Assembly: GCF_001194135.2 (NCBI RefSeq)
Contig: NC_068982.1
Coordinates: 103,077,640 to 103,141,639, forward strand
From: Octopus bimaculoides
Taxonomy: Eukaryota
DNA: 64,000 nucleotides
Direction of reading: 5' to 3'
The notes beneath the pieces are model-generated. The model had not been told where the DNA came from, did not search any database, and worked only from the letters and a program-made list of their open reading frames with translations. A program made the translations under genes and the position numbers. Positions 38,173 to 51,589 of this stretch are shown here, piece after piece. The stretch's first letter is position 1, and each line of letters starts with the position of its first letter.

Positions 38173-38900
38173 ATGTATATATATATATTAAAAAAATTGG
38201 ACACTTCATAAGATGATTGCTATGTACTGCCTGATTCATTTTATTCCACACCTCTTCTATATATTTATTGTTGTATCTTACCTCCCTCTACTCACTTCAT
38301 TGTCTGCTCCCATCTTTTTTTTCTTTTTTTTCTTTTCTTTGCTTCTTTTGTAAATACTTAAGTACTGTTCTGATTTTTCATGTCAGTGTAAATTTAAACT
38401 GTTATTACTTAATCTCAGTTATCTATAAAAGAGTCTGTGGAGATTTCTCTTCTTGGCCTGTTTGTTGTCTTTATTTGTATGTATTTATTGATGTATTTGA
38501 AGCTGTATCTTACCTCTGTTGCTACCTTCAGTTTCATCTCTCTGCTTTTCATAACTGTAAACTAAACTAAACTAAACTATGTGCTGGCATGGCTATAGAG
38601 TCAAGAAGATCACTTTACAATCATATGGTTTTGGGTTTGATCTCAGTCCATAGCATCGTGAATTGTCTTCTTCTGTAGACTCAGGTCAACCAATGCCTTC
38701 CTTGTGGAATTTGGGTAACCAAAACAGTGTAGAAGCCTGCAATACATGTGTGTATATGCATGTAAGTATGCATGCGCATGTGTGTGTGTGTATATATATA
38801 NNNNNNNNNNNNNNNNNNNNNNNNNNNNNNNNNNNNNNNNNNNNNNNNNNNNNNNNNNNNNNNNNNNNNNNNNNNNNNNNNNNNNNNNNNNNNNNNNNNN

Positions 38901-39430
38901 TAAAGAGAGGGAAGAGAGAGAAAAAAAGGCGATCAATAGGGATTGTGTATCACAGCAATGTTCTGGTGTAAAAGGGGGAACAGTTTAGATTTATCCGTGG
39001 AAAGAAAAGCCTACTGAAAAGACCACAGTAACCTTGGCCAATATTGTCATTGTCACTGAAAAAAAATATTACAGTAAGTGACTCTCTTTTTACCTTTTTA
39101 TTATCTCGTTTACAGGATTATGCTCAAGGTGGTTCCGTCATTCACGCGTGCCATCCTTGCTACATCCACCCATCTTTTTTTGAAGCATTCGCTAGACTAA
39201 ACTTCCCTGTCTACTCTCACCTTCCTCTTCAAGTGATACTTGAAGAAGTTGATGAGAGATTCCCCAGAGAGGAAAGTCTTTGTCTCTAGACCTTTCAGAC
39301 GCGTCCACCATACACATTCTTTCGCCATAGCCACAAGTACGATGAAAATAGCTCTTCCTTCCCGTTTAAAGGAAGGAGGCACGACATTATTCATGATAGA
39401 CTCGGTTGATAAACTGACTCGTCCCACACG
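38901..39430 (-). mobile_element. L1/Tx1-like LINE ORF2 C-terminus and 3'UTR
   Basis: Minus strand: SLSTESIMNNVVPPSFKREGRAIFIVLVAMAKECVWWTRLK...FFKYHLKRKVRVDREV...RWVDVARMARV...IIL*, followed by a pyrimidine-rich UTR. Clade assignment is from memory of similar termini. Confidence 0.55.
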
Positions 39431-39525
39431 AGACAGACAGACAGACAGAGACAGGCAGACAGGCAGACAGACAGACAGACAGACAGATAGATAGATAGAT
39501 AGATAGATAGACAGATAGCTAGATA

Positions 39526-39566
<41 letters not shown>
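39431..39566. repeat. Compound (GACA)n(GATA)n(TA)n microsatellite
   Basis: Direct reading. Confidence 0.9.
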
Positions 39567-39568
<2 letters not shown>

Positions 39569-41111
39569 GACGATTAGCTATATTTTTGAATAGAATTTAT
39601 TTTCGATAATTTCAATTGATTTTAATTGATTTTAATCGATTTAAATTTCCTTTCTATTTGAAAATTAGTTATGAAACACATGTAATCATTTTATTATATT
39701 TATCTTATGATATTTACTTTGCTTTATATTATACTCATTTATTGTGCTTTTAATTGTTAATTTTTCTATATGTGATAGTGGATTTTCATCGATGAGTTCT
39801 TGAAACTTGGTTATTTTCCCTAAAACTATATATTTTATATATATTTTATCTATAAAGCTCAATTTAATTTTAATTTTTTATAAATTGATTTTAATTGAGT
39901 TTTTACCTGTAATTTTGGATTTTATCCCTAATATTATTATATACATATATATATATGTATATCTGTTTGTGTATACTTGTGTGAGCGGCCTCAAGGTTCC
40001 AGGTTCAGTCCCACTGTATGGCATTTGGAGCAAATATTTTTTATCACAACTTCAGTTACATCCAAGTGAAACTGAGTAGAGAGATGCTATGTGGAAGCCT
40101 ACCTATAATTCAAAAATGCATCTTTGTTACAGTCTATCATGCTAATTTTGCTTCTAGATCACACTAAAGATGTTTGTGTCTGTAGAATACTCACCTACTT
40201 ATATGCTAATTCAGTGAGAAAGTAGTTCAGTTGACCAAATAATTGAATTCTTATTGTCAAAACTGATAGTTCTCCATTTACTTTTACTTGATGGTATAAA
40301 ACGGTCTGTTGAGTTACCTTCCTTTATATCAGACAGTAACCTAACTGTTTGGTAAACAGACAACTGTAAAGGATGTATCATATGGAAATAAGTACTAGTA
40401 ATATGATTGACTAAAATCCTCTAAAGACAGTACCCTACCATAACCACAGTCCAATGACAAACCAGTAAAAGAGAAAAATGAATGCGTGCATGAGTGTGTC
40501 CATCCATCACTAAATGTCTATATTTGTGTATGTTCACGATGCTGTGTGAGATATTTACAAAATTTCATTCATGTTCACATACATGAAAACAGCTGATTAT
40601 TTTTACTGTTTAGCTTCAAGCAAAACTATATACTATTTTTATCCAAACTATCTATAGCACAACGAAATAGGTCTGGTGCTGTAGATTCTGATGACAATGC
40701 TCTTGTAAAAAAATTTAGTATTGCATTTGTTTTTTTCTTCATGTTACGAAAGACAAGTCTAATCTCATAATTTTTCATTAAAGTGTTGTTTGATCTTATG
40801 CTGCTGTGACATACTGTTTCTGTGCTGTACACATAAGCTCCTTTTGGTGTTCCTTGGTAGGAGATTAGTGATTTTCTTTTTCCTTCTTTTCTGAGTCAAA
40901 GATTATCTTTTTAGGTATTGTTCAATGTTAGAAGTGTAAACCACCCACTTGTGCATCAGGTTTCTTTAAATTGGTATCTATTGCCAAATTACTTCTCTTC
41001 TGGATGCATCCATACTATCAAGTTGCTTTTCTATGTGCAGCTAGTTTGACAGAAGCAGCAAAATTCAGGACATTGACCCCAACCAAGTAAAAATATAAAT
41101 ATTCATACACT

Positions 41112-41186
<75 letters not shown>
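41112..41186. repeat. (TAG)n microsatellite
   Basis: About 25 perfect units. Confidence 0.95.
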
Positions 41187-42299
41187 ACAAGCAAGAAAGT
41201 TTGCTACTTAGAAGCCAAGTGTTTCATACCTTATCCATTCAGGTTTTGAAATATTAAATTAATATCCTATTAATTGGTTTATCATTTAGAAAGGCTTTCA
41301 TAAAGATTACATTTTTTTTTAGTGCAATGAATTATTTTTATATTTTCTAAGTTAAAATAACATCTATTTTTGTTTAAAGAACACATTTTTGATAACATTG
41401 TTTCAAAGTCCTTGTGAATCTTTTATGATTTATTTCAGTGACAAAATCCAATCAAAATAGAAACCTATAGATTTTGATAATAGGGAAATAAGCTCTAATC
41501 ACTTATTGTCTGACTGTCTTTGAATTTCATTTATCTGCTCTGATCAAATTGGAACTTAATGGAAATCAGAATTTAAATATATTTTTAAAGTTATACCGTT
41601 CTGGCAAGAAATGATCTCATTAATGTTAGACATTTAGGTGACACATGACAACAAATATTTAACCTTATGACAACCACAATGAACTGTTGTAGATTGTAGT
41701 TTGTGAGTGGGTAATGCATATATATAAATAATGTTAGGGATCAATCTAGGTAGATATGAATAGTTTTGGGAGAAAAACTGCAAAGATCACTGGAGTTGAC
41801 TAAATGTAGAAAATGAAATATACAATAAAGGATTTCACTATTTTGTTTTGTTCTTGATTAGGTGAATGCTCTTTCTAATTTGCTGAAGTCTTTCTCAAGA
41901 TGTAAGAGGTTTACATGAAATGTGTATTACTGATTTTTAATAAGTTATTTTCATTATATTTTAGATTCTTGGAAATTATAGTTTAAGGCACTCCTTGTTG
42001 GAAATGACGTGATTTTAAATAGAAATATTTTGCATATATTCATTTGAAAAAAAGAGTAGAGAAAGCGGGGAGGAAGAGAGAGAGAGAGAGAGATGTGGGG
42101 CTATCAGATAAATGAAACTAAGTACTGTGTCCACACTAATATCCATCTGTGTATGTTCTTTCATCCTAATAGCTTCTTATATATTTATCTGATAATGTTA
42201 GTGTTGAATGATTTGTACCAGAATAGGCTTCCAGCTATAAAACTGTGTCAGTATGAATTGACAGATTGTTGATGAGGAGTATGTAATGATAGTGGCACC

Positions 42300-43835
42300 C
42301 TTGCTCTCACTGATACTGAGAAGAAAGAGGCATGGTTATGTTGCTACAAGAGGCTACTGAATTTAGGAAATGCATGGGAGTGAAAAGAACTTCCTCAAAT
42401 AGATCCAACAGAGAGACCAGCTATTGAAATTAACAGCTATCTGGTTGAAATGGCCATCAGTCATAGTCAATAAGATGAAAATATCCAGTGAAGTGCTAGC
42501 TGGTCACATAGCCAATCAAGTAGAACAGAAATGTTTCTTTCCATTGATGGCATAGTAGTATCATTACTTGCTACAAAAAGCAACTGCAGAGACATCAGAC
42601 TGATGGACTAAGCTCTAGAAGGAGTTATGTAGCGCAACTGATTAAGAAGAAAATTAAAACTCAGATGAGAAACATTACAGATTTGCGCTAGGATGAGGTA
42701 TCACTGATGCCATCTTCCTAGTACAAGAACTACAGGAGTAGTTCTTAGTAAAGGGCAGGCCACTGTACCCTCTATACCTCACATTCATTGGCCTAGAGAA
42801 AGATTTTGACAAGACACCATACTCTGATGGTTTGCTAAGAAAACTAGGAGTAGTTGAACAGTTTATGAGAGCCATGCAAACCAACTGCCAGAAAGTTGGC
42901 ATTGAAATCAGGAAAGGATCTAGCATGCAGTAGGTGTCCAACAAGGCTCAGTTCTCTGCCCTTCTTGTTTATTATAGCTCTCCAGGCATAAAACCAGTTG
43001 TTCATGAGAATTTGTATGCCAGTGCTCTAGTTCTTAAAACTAAAGCTGTCAAAGAATTAGAGAAGCACTTCCAGACATGTAAAGCCTAGACTCAAGGAAA
43101 AAATCAGGACTCTACATACATTTTAAAAGAGGCCATGTTCATTATGTAGAAAAAATATAGGTAAGAATACCAAAAACTTTAAGATATACCCATTGTAAAC
43201 TATAGTTATACAAAAAATGCAGTGGGATTGTATGCAGGCTAATAGATGTGCAAAAGGGTTAGCAGTGAGAGCAAAACCTCAGAGAATGCTCTAGAATTAG
43301 TTGGTAATTTCTGTTAGCTAGGTGGCATAATTAGCAGTGGAGAAGAGTGTTCCAAAGGCATAGCAAGTTGATTAAAAACAAGGTGAAAAATGTTCAGGGA
43401 GCTATTACATCTACTGGCAACAAAGCAATTCTTTCTTCAAGATAAATTAGAAAAATTGCATGTTAAGGAAACATGTGCAGAATTCAATACAAAGGCTGAA
43501 AAGAAATGAGTCAAGTGTGCTCAGATAGATGTGTAATGACTCGAGAAGAAAGCTGGATATAAGAGGAATCAGATGTTGTGTGCTAGAAAAAAGACTGAAG
43601 TGATACAGACATGTGATGTGTATGGAGGATGGTAGCTGGGTACAGAAGTGTCAAGTGACCCAGGCAGAATGAACCTGTGGGAGAGAAAGATCAAAGAAGA
43701 CATAGAAAGGAAAGGTGAAAGCTAATCTCAGTAGACTGAAGTTTACAAAGGAGATTAAAAAGGGTTGCATCAAATGATGAGAAGCTGTGCTGTAGAAGAC
43801 CTATTCAAGCATGAAAAAATAAACATAAAATGATG
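42300..43835 (+). mobile_element. Highly decayed RTE-type LINE (RT domain to 3' end)
   Basis: Residual ITDAIFLVQELQE, FIGLEKDFDK, LRKLGVVEQFMRAMQT, LELVGNFC*LGGIISSG and LDIRGIRCCVLEKRL, in the same order as RTE RT. Confidence 0.75.
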
Positions 43836-44148
43836 ATTCAATATTGTATAGAAACACTGCAAGCTCTTTCTCAATTTAATGTTAATCTCCATTTTATGAA
43901 AATAATCTCCATTTAATGAAGATAAAACATTTTATTTTTAAATGAATGAGTCAATATTTCTAAAATTAAAAGTATATTTTTGGTTAGCAACAAGCAATTA
44001 GAGATGTAACAAATGTAAAATTATTTCATTTGCATCAGCATTTAAGAATGAATTTTTAGTGAGTGGCCATGCTTTGAGCTTATGTCTGAGTAAACTTCAT
44101 TACACACTGTAATTCAGTTGGATTTATTTCTGTTGGAATTATATTTAA

Positions 44149-44358
44149 CCCTTTAGTATTGAAATTACTCTATCAAATGTAATGCTTATTTATTCACATT
44201 GTTTTGAATTAATCTTGTAACTTTGAGATTTCCATGATGTGACTGTTTATTTTTAGAATGACATTGTAGAGTAGCTGTGAGAGGCTGAATCTGGCCATTT
44301 TAAACAAAAGACAGGTAGAATATTTGGGCTGGATATTGCCAGTTTAAATGATAAAAGG
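44149..44358. mobile_element. piggyBac-type MITE
   Basis: TTAA|ccctttagtatt ... aaatgataaaagg|ctaa; the right end is decayed. Confidence 0.65.
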
Positions 44359-44584
44359 CTAAGACAGCTTTTCTATCAAATATATTATATCTAAAACTCA
44401 TTGTTTATGATTTGGGAGTAAATTAATCAATGATCAATAAATGTAGTAAAGCTTGCCCATCTTCAGGGCTTTGTTGTTGTTAGTGTCTGCAAATCATAAA
44501 CTTCTTCAGTTGTATTGAGATATTTTAAAAAAAGTGAAATCAAGTAACAAAAAAATATTTTGTTGGACTTTGCAATCAAATTGT

Positions 44585-44960
44585 GGAGGCGCAATGGCCC
44601 AGTGGTTAGGGCAGCAGACTCGCAATCATAGGATCGCGGTTTCAATTCCCAGACCGGGCATTGTGAGTGTTATTGAGCGAAAACACCTAAAGCTCCACGA
44701 GGCTCCGGCAGAGGATGGTGGCGAACCCTGCTGTACTCTTTCACCACAACTTTCTCTCACTCTTACTTCCTGTTTCTGTTGTGCCTGTAATTCACAGCGT
44801 GTCACACTGTGTCACGCTGAATATCCCGAGAACTACGTTAAGGGTACACGTTTCTGTGGAGTACTCAGCCACTTGCACGTTAATTTCACAGGCAGGCTGT
44901 TCTGTTGATCGGATCAACTGGGACCCTCGACGTCGTAAGCGACGGAGTGCCAACAACAGC
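44585..44960 (+). mobile_element. tRNA-derived SINE family B, full length
   Basis: A-box tggcccagtgg, B-box gtttcaattcc, 3' hairpin cgtcg-taag-cgacg, then a (CAA)-like tail. Confidence 0.9.
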
Positions 44961-45428
44961 AATCAAATTAAAGATAAATATAACCGAGTCAAAGTGACAA
45001 ATGAGAATTGAGTTATTAAATGCATTTTTTTCATACATTTAGATAGAGAAGGAAAAGATCTCGTCATCATCAAAAATAATTTTCATAATTATGTTGAAAT
45101 TCTGCATATTTACATATCTTTGCATAAGATATTTCCTAAGCCAATCTTTGTTTTTGTTAGTTAAAAATATTTGTATGTGTTCTATTCAATGATCACATTA
45201 AAATAATAATTCAGTTGCACACATATATAGTGTTCTCTATATTCTTGTATTATTTTAAGAAACTCTCTTTGCATTCAGTACCAAGGGAATATGAGTTTAT
45301 TCTAAAATTCAGTACAGGCTGTAAACTACAATAAAACATTTTCCAGTGGAAAATTTAAATTTCAAGTCCCAGAGCAATTTTCTTTCTGATTAAACATTTT
45401 TTTTCTCTCCTTGTTTCTTTCTGTGTTC

Positions 45429-45464
45429 CTTTCAGTGGAAGAGCATAGGCTCAAAACGTTAAAG
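45429..45464 (+). ncRNA. Decayed minimal hammerhead-like motif in a short module ending in (TA)n
   Basis: CTTT cagtgga aGAGC atag GCTC aAAAC GT t AAAG. Stem I CTTT/AAAG, stem II GAGC/GCTC and palindrome AACGTT are present, but three core positions deviate. Confidence 0.3.
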
Positions 45465-45557
45465 ACTTTTTCAATTCCCGAGCATTATACTAATACATCT
45501 GTTTGTTTTCTACACCACCTGTAGTCGTCTGTTTTTTTTTTGCCTTTTGTGAATTCT

Positions 45558-45626
<69 letters not shown>

Positions 45627-45661
45627 TATATGCACACACATGTATGTACATACACACACAC

Positions 45662-45772
45662 ACATCATCATCATCATCATCATCATTTAATGTCCGCTTT
45701 CCATGCTGGCATGGGTTGGACAGTTTGACTGAGGACTGGCGAGCGAGATGGCTGCACCAGGCTCCAATCTGA
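45662..45772 (-). mobile_element. RTE-type LINE 3'UTR fragment
   Basis: catcatcatttaatgtccgctttccatgctggcatggg. Confidence 0.8.
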
Positions 45773-46079
45773 TACACACACACATATTCTTCCATATTTA
45801 CACAACTTGAATAGCTCTGAGAACATGTAACTGTTTTATAACAAGTGTATGTAAAATATGGTTTCTACAAACGGAAGATGCTAAAGCTGAAGATAAAAAT
45901 TGAATGACTTTCATGTTATCATGAGAAAGCAGAATGTGACACTGTTTATTTGATGTTACTTCATGAAAAATTGATTCAAGTTATATAAACCCATACAGCA
46001 AGATATTAGTGGAAAGGTCATATAATGAAGTTTTGTGGTTTGCGAAAAGGTTAAAAGTTACTGGGATAAAATTTAGTAC

Positions 46080-46720
46080 ATTGGATGATGAAAATTAATA
46101 CACTTGGACACATGAAAATTAATACTAGCTGACATATTGAGAAAATGTAATACAAAAAGGCATATGATGAAAATTGGTGTATGTGGACATATGGTCAAGA
46201 TTCTTGCATTTGGATATATGATGAAGATTGGTGAAAATTGGTAAATGTGAACATGTGGCAAAAAATTGGTAAATATAGACAATAGATGAAAATTGCTACA
46301 TGTAGATATATGGTGACGGCTGGTAGATGTGGTCATATGGTGAAGATTGGTAAATCTGGACATATTGTAATGATTCCTGCATGTACCATATTTTCCACCT
46401 TGCAAGTTTAATTTTTCAAACCAGAATTTTTAACCAAAAAAGTTAGATCAGTCAGTTTAATACACTAAGATGGCTTTGGAGGACCAAATATTCTGTGTGA
46501 AATGCAGCAGGATTTGAAAAGATAGTGATAATGTTTACATTACATGCTTATACACTACATCAATTTGTATGCCATAAAATACAGTAGACATATGATGAAG
46601 ATTTGTATAAGCCAGTATATGGTAAAAATCAGTAAATGTGGACATATGGTGAAGATTGGAACAAGTGGACATATAATAAAGACTGAGGCAAATGAACATA
46701 TGATGAAAAATTTATGATAA
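46080..46720. repeat. Degenerate 27-bp minisatellite in two blocks (about 46080-46400 and 46585-46720)
   Basis: Consensus catatggtgaagattggtaaatgtgga, roughly 10 plus 5 divergent units. Confidence 0.8.
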
Positions 46721-47709
46721 AAGTAAAATGAAGAAGGCTTGGAGTGATTGTTCAGTTCAGCCTGAGTAAAGATAAGTAGAGAGGGGATGATAATTAGCCA
46801 GTTTCAACTGACTCACATTAGACATCAGAGGAAATTATCACGAACAGAGGCAATAAAAAAAGAAAATATTTGTTTTTCTATTCTACCATGGAATAATAAA
46901 TGATGAAAATGAAGATAATAAATGAAAATGTGCATGTGTGTGTGTAAAGGGTAGTTATATTTACAGTATAAAAATATCATTCCAATGTTAGAATCTACTA
47001 AAGCTAATATACGTCTTAGAATTTTTATGTACAATGGCTATGTGGTTATGTAATGAGTCATTCTGTTATATCCTTTGTGATACAAGACAATGCAATCAGT
47101 CTGTTTGCAAATATTTACCATTGCCATTTCATGGCTGAGAAGTTGGAATTAGTGAGGGCATAGAGTTGTAAACTTGTTATTCTTTCATTGGTTTGTCATT
47201 TGACTGTAACCATGCTGGAGCACCTATCTTCTAAAAATGTTGTTGATTATATTGGGCCCAGTTTTTGGAAACTTACTATTTTGTCAACCACAGCAGGGTC
47301 TTTCTTGTTCCACTCTATGGTAAAAAAAAGAAGGATTGGTGAATTTGAACTGTACTTCGCCTGCAGGAATTCCCTTCTATTTCACATTTCCCCAACTTCT
47401 CAACAATTCAAATTAAGCATTAATCAAGCTAAACACATCCAATTGTCTTTATTCACTAATTTAGTATCTGTTTTATCTTTTGAAACTAAGAAATTAAAAA
47501 GGTCAATATTAGTAGTGTTAAAATACATGAGATAAAAGGGAGTTCCACAGAAGTGATCTACAGGATAAAGAGCTATGTCTAAAGTAATAAAAAGCAGAAA
47601 AGACGCCATACAGGTGAGATATTTCTGATGAATTCAGAAGATAAACTGCTGTAGAATAACCATAACCATCACTGACAAGCAACTGTGATTCAGTGGCATG
47701 TATCATGTT

Positions 47710-47885
47710 TCATCATCATCATCATCATCATACATCTGTTTTCCATGCTGGTATGGGTTGGATGGTTTGACTGAGAACTGGGGAGCTGTACCAGGTTCCA
47801 ATCTGATTTGGATGCCTTTCCTAACGCCAACCACTCTAAAAGTGTAGTGGGTGCCAGTTACATGATCCTAGCATCGGCCACCAGC
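47710..47885 (-). mobile_element. RTE-type LINE 3'UTR fragment
   Basis: (CAT)n then ttccatgctggtatgggttgg...ctaacgccaaccactc. Confidence 0.75.
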
Positions 47886-48649
47886 TACTTATGTAGATGC
47901 AAGTAAATATAGATATCCTCACAGCTTTCCTACCCTTGATCCAATGGAACATCAAGGATATGACAGATGAAGCAAGAAAAGGCTGCACCAGCACTTGGTT
48001 GGTACTTGTTTAGTTGAGGAGACTAAGTAATATGTAAGAAGTGTTTTGTTTGAGGACACAATGTGCTATCCAGTTCAAAAATTGAACCAGCTATCATATG
48101 GTCATATGAAGAATAAAAGCAAAGTTATGGCTTGACATTGAAGTAGTGTAGAGAAGTTAATTAAGAGAAACAGTTTAAGGAAGTGAAAAGATTTTGTTTT
48201 CTGAATGTTATCTAGAATATTGACTTCAACATCTGGAAAAAAAGCATATCCTCTTTGAAAATTCTATGAACATTGTTTTTCTTAAAGGAGCCTCTAAAAG
48301 CATTGAGTTTTCCATGAGGAAAGGGATTGCATTTCAGTTCTACTCTTAAACTCTTCATGCACTTCTCAGTTACATAAGAATTATATCATTGAATAAATCT
48401 CAATAATTTTAGCTTCATCTCATAATTCACAGCTTATACCACATCAGATATTTTGATATGGTTCTTGCCACTGCAGACTATCACTAGACCACCAGTTCTG
48501 TAACTATATTTTTATCTTTAAATTGTACTGAGTTTTGTAAAATCTTATTGTTATTTATAAGCTACCCATAGCTGCTGGTATATTGTACAATTGTAGAAGA
48601 AAAAGAAAATTTGTGGGCTTGGTGCTTAATACAATGAATTTTCTTTCAG

Positions 48650-48730
48650 GAAGATACCCAGTAGACCAATTGGCTCCCTTGTTTGTTGCCAAGCTGGCTA
48701 TTGTTCAGGGCTTGTCATTTAAAACATTTG
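48650..48730 (+). CDS. Candidate host-gene exon (81 nt, phase 1-1), product unknown
   Basis: ttttctttcag acceptor and TTG|gtaaac donor. Only one frame is open: RYPVDQLAPLFVAKLAIVQGLSFKTF. Confidence 0.35.
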
Positions 48731-48803
48731 GTAAACTAATTTAGTGTATTACATTCAATAGGATCTTACTGTAGTGATTTCAAGAGTTTTACAGTTGTAT
48801 ATA

Positions 48804-48989
48804 CCATATTTTCTGGCATACAAGTCAAGGTGGTATATAGTGTAAACATTCAAACCTCATCATTATCTTTCCAAATCCTGCTGGGTTTCACATAGAATTT
48901 TTGGTCCTCCAAAGTAGTCTTAGTGTTTACCAAATTTTTTTCTGTATATTTTGGTCTGAAAAACTTGGCTTGTATGCTGGAAAATACAG
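48804..48989. mobile_element. Tc2/pogo-type MITE (186 bp)
   Basis: TA|ccatattttctggcatacaag ... cttgtatgctggaaaatacag|TA. Confidence 0.8.
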
Positions 48990-49574
48990 TAATTTCTGTC
49001 TCCAACAATTCTTTCCTAAAAACAGTACTGGTATTTGTGTACCTGCAAATTAAGGAGAGGTGTGTTAATCAACCTGCCCATAGCAAAAGACAGTTTCTCT
49101 ACTGTCAAAGTTTTAAGCTATGTTCTTGGCAACGAAATCACTCCTCTATTATACATCAATTACAGATAAACTTCAATTTTAGATTTACATGGTTTTATTT
49201 TACTTACCAGTTATATGTTCATATGTATATGTTTGATAATACGTATACATCTATTTGTGTTTATAGTTTATATTTACTTACAAAGCCCTAGGTTTAATAT
49301 TTAGAAAGGGACTTTTAAAATAGCTCATAATTGGAAAATAGTTCATACTTAATTATTGTCTGTAATTCAAGGGCAAAGAACAACCTCATGCATTAGGGTT
49401 AAAATTTCAATTACTTGACCCTACATTGCTAATCCAACTGCCCTAATCCTTGTTAAGTTTTTCCAAATGCTTGCATCTTATTCTTCCCTTCAGATCCCAT
49501 CCCTCTTATTTATTTGTTCTTATCTCACTTCATAAATAGGATTTTTAAAATTCCCAAGATTAATGTTTACATAG

Positions 49575-49620
49575 TTGTACGGAACTTCTCAGACTGAAGC
49601 GAAGAAATCAACAGCCGATG
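49575..49620 (+). CDS. Weak candidate small exon (46 nt)
   Basis: gtttacatag acceptor and ATG|gtaata donor. Contains three CpGs. Reads LYGTSQTEAKKSTAD or CTELLRLKRRNQQPM. Confidence 0.2.
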
Positions 49621-50601
49621 GTAATATGAGTCAACTTAACAGCACTGCCCCTTCATTCAACTGTTTTACTTCAAGTAGAAAGTGTTTAAATAGAAAGAAA
49701 TAACTAGAAACTGCAGCTGTGTGATGTCAGTGTGCAGCCAATATTGCAGCTCTGGTTGGTTTTACTGCAGCAAATTGCTGCTTGCTATATTGTAACTACT
49801 ACTACTTGAAGTGCAGCTGCAATTCATGGTATTCAGATAATGCAGAAAGGTTACATCTAAATTAATCTGTCTAGGAATTGTGACAATTGGTCATAGCTAA
49901 GTTTGGCTACTTATCTTATTATTTCACTTGTATTTGACTAATTGTGCAGCAATACTGCAATTAATAGATGCATATAAATGCATCTAAATCTATTTTTACT
50001 CTTTAAATCTGTTATCAGATTATTTTATGATAACTGCAGCTTCTCTTGCTTGTTTACTTAATTTTGATCAAATTGTCACATAAATGTCTTGATCTATTGA
50101 TTATTATTCTCATTTCGGCTTGATTCCACCCCACTCTTTTATTACTTCGTCAATTATTTATTTCACTAATCTATATATTTTGGTAAATAGTGAAAAAAGA
50201 AAACACTGTCCTTATGGTGACTATTATAAAGTCCTGATTGCGTGATTTTATTCTGGCCTTATTCGATAAAAACTATGTGTAGTACCCCTCCCAAACTATC
50301 AACTTATTCGAACTCTGCAGCGACTAGTAAGATTATAATATATGAGATATAGTGTGCATTTGCAGCTCGAAATATCTTAATGATCATGTAATATAATGTT
50401 TGCAGTTCTTGTTTTAATTTTTATTTACTTTTTAAATCTGCATAAAGAACCATTTACAATTACTGGAGATATTTCATATTTCTTTACATTATGATGATTA
50501 GCTAAAATTTCTTACCTGTGATGCCTGGCATGTTGATGTGGTAAGCATTTAATGTATCCAGATGTATTACTCAAATGAACTGTATCCTCAAAATATTTTG
50601 C

Positions 50602-50643
<42 letters not shown>

Positions 50644-51476
50644 TTGTGTTGAAGACTATTATTTATTATGTTTTTGTTTTTTATTTCAGATTAAGGAAAA
50701 AAAAAACATAGATATACATCAATTTATTATTCCCTTATAAACTCCATTTTTGTGCCAAACAATAAACCTGGGAAACCACACCGGAGACCTCTTCCCTGNN
50801 NNNNNNNNNNNNNNNNNNNNNNNNNNNNNNNNNNNNNNNNNNNNNNNNNNNNNNNNNNNNNNNNNNNNNNNNNNNNNNNNNNNNNNNNNNNNNNNNNNNN
50901 NNNNNNNNNNNNNNNNNNNNNNNNNNNNNNNNNNNNNNNNNNNNNNNNNNNNNNNNNNNNNNNNNNNNNNNNNNNNNNNNNNNNNNNNNNNNNNNNNNNN
51001 NNNNNNNNNNNNNNNNNNNNNNNNNNNNNNNNNNNNNNNNNNNNNNNNNNNNNNNNNNNNNNNNNNNNNNNNNNNNNNNNNNNNNNNNNNNNNNNNNNNN
51101 NNNNNNNNNNNNNNNNNNNNNNNNNNNNNNNNNNNNNNNNNNNNNNNNNNNNNNNNNNNNNNNNNNNNNNNNNNNNNNNNNNNNNNNNNNNNNNNNNNNN
51201 NNNNNNNNNNNNNNNNNNNNNNNNNNNNNNNNNNNNNNNNNNNNNNNNNNNNNNNNNNNNNNNNNNNNNNNNNNNNNNNNNNNNNNNNNNNNNNNNNNNN
51301 NNNNNNNNNNNNNNNNNNNNNNNNNNNNNNNNNNNNNNNNNNNNNNNNNNNNNNNNNNNNNNNNNNNNNNNNNNNNNNNNNNNNNNNNNNNNNNNNNNNN
51401 NNNNNNNNNNNNNTATATATCATCATTGTTTTAACATTCACTTTTCCATGGGCTAGACATTATATATATGTGTGTG

Positions 51477-51512
<36 letters not shown>

Positions 51513-51589
51513 CGTGTGTGTGTGTATGTATACGAATTTATGTATATATGTATGCATGCATATATGAATGTTTTTTTTTATGTACAATC

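Noticed and set aside
39778-39825. cGATGAgttcttGAAACttgGTT motif
   Set aside because: The core is incomplete, there is no stem II, and the flanks are not complementary.
40626-40832. Minus-strand ORF (KNYEIRLVFRN...) faintly like a PLE or RTE segment
   Set aside because: No diagnostic motif could be aligned with confidence.
41862-41901. 40-nt splice-bounded segment VNALSNLLKSFSR
   Set aside because: Short enough to arise by chance, and joining it to 48650 creates a stop.
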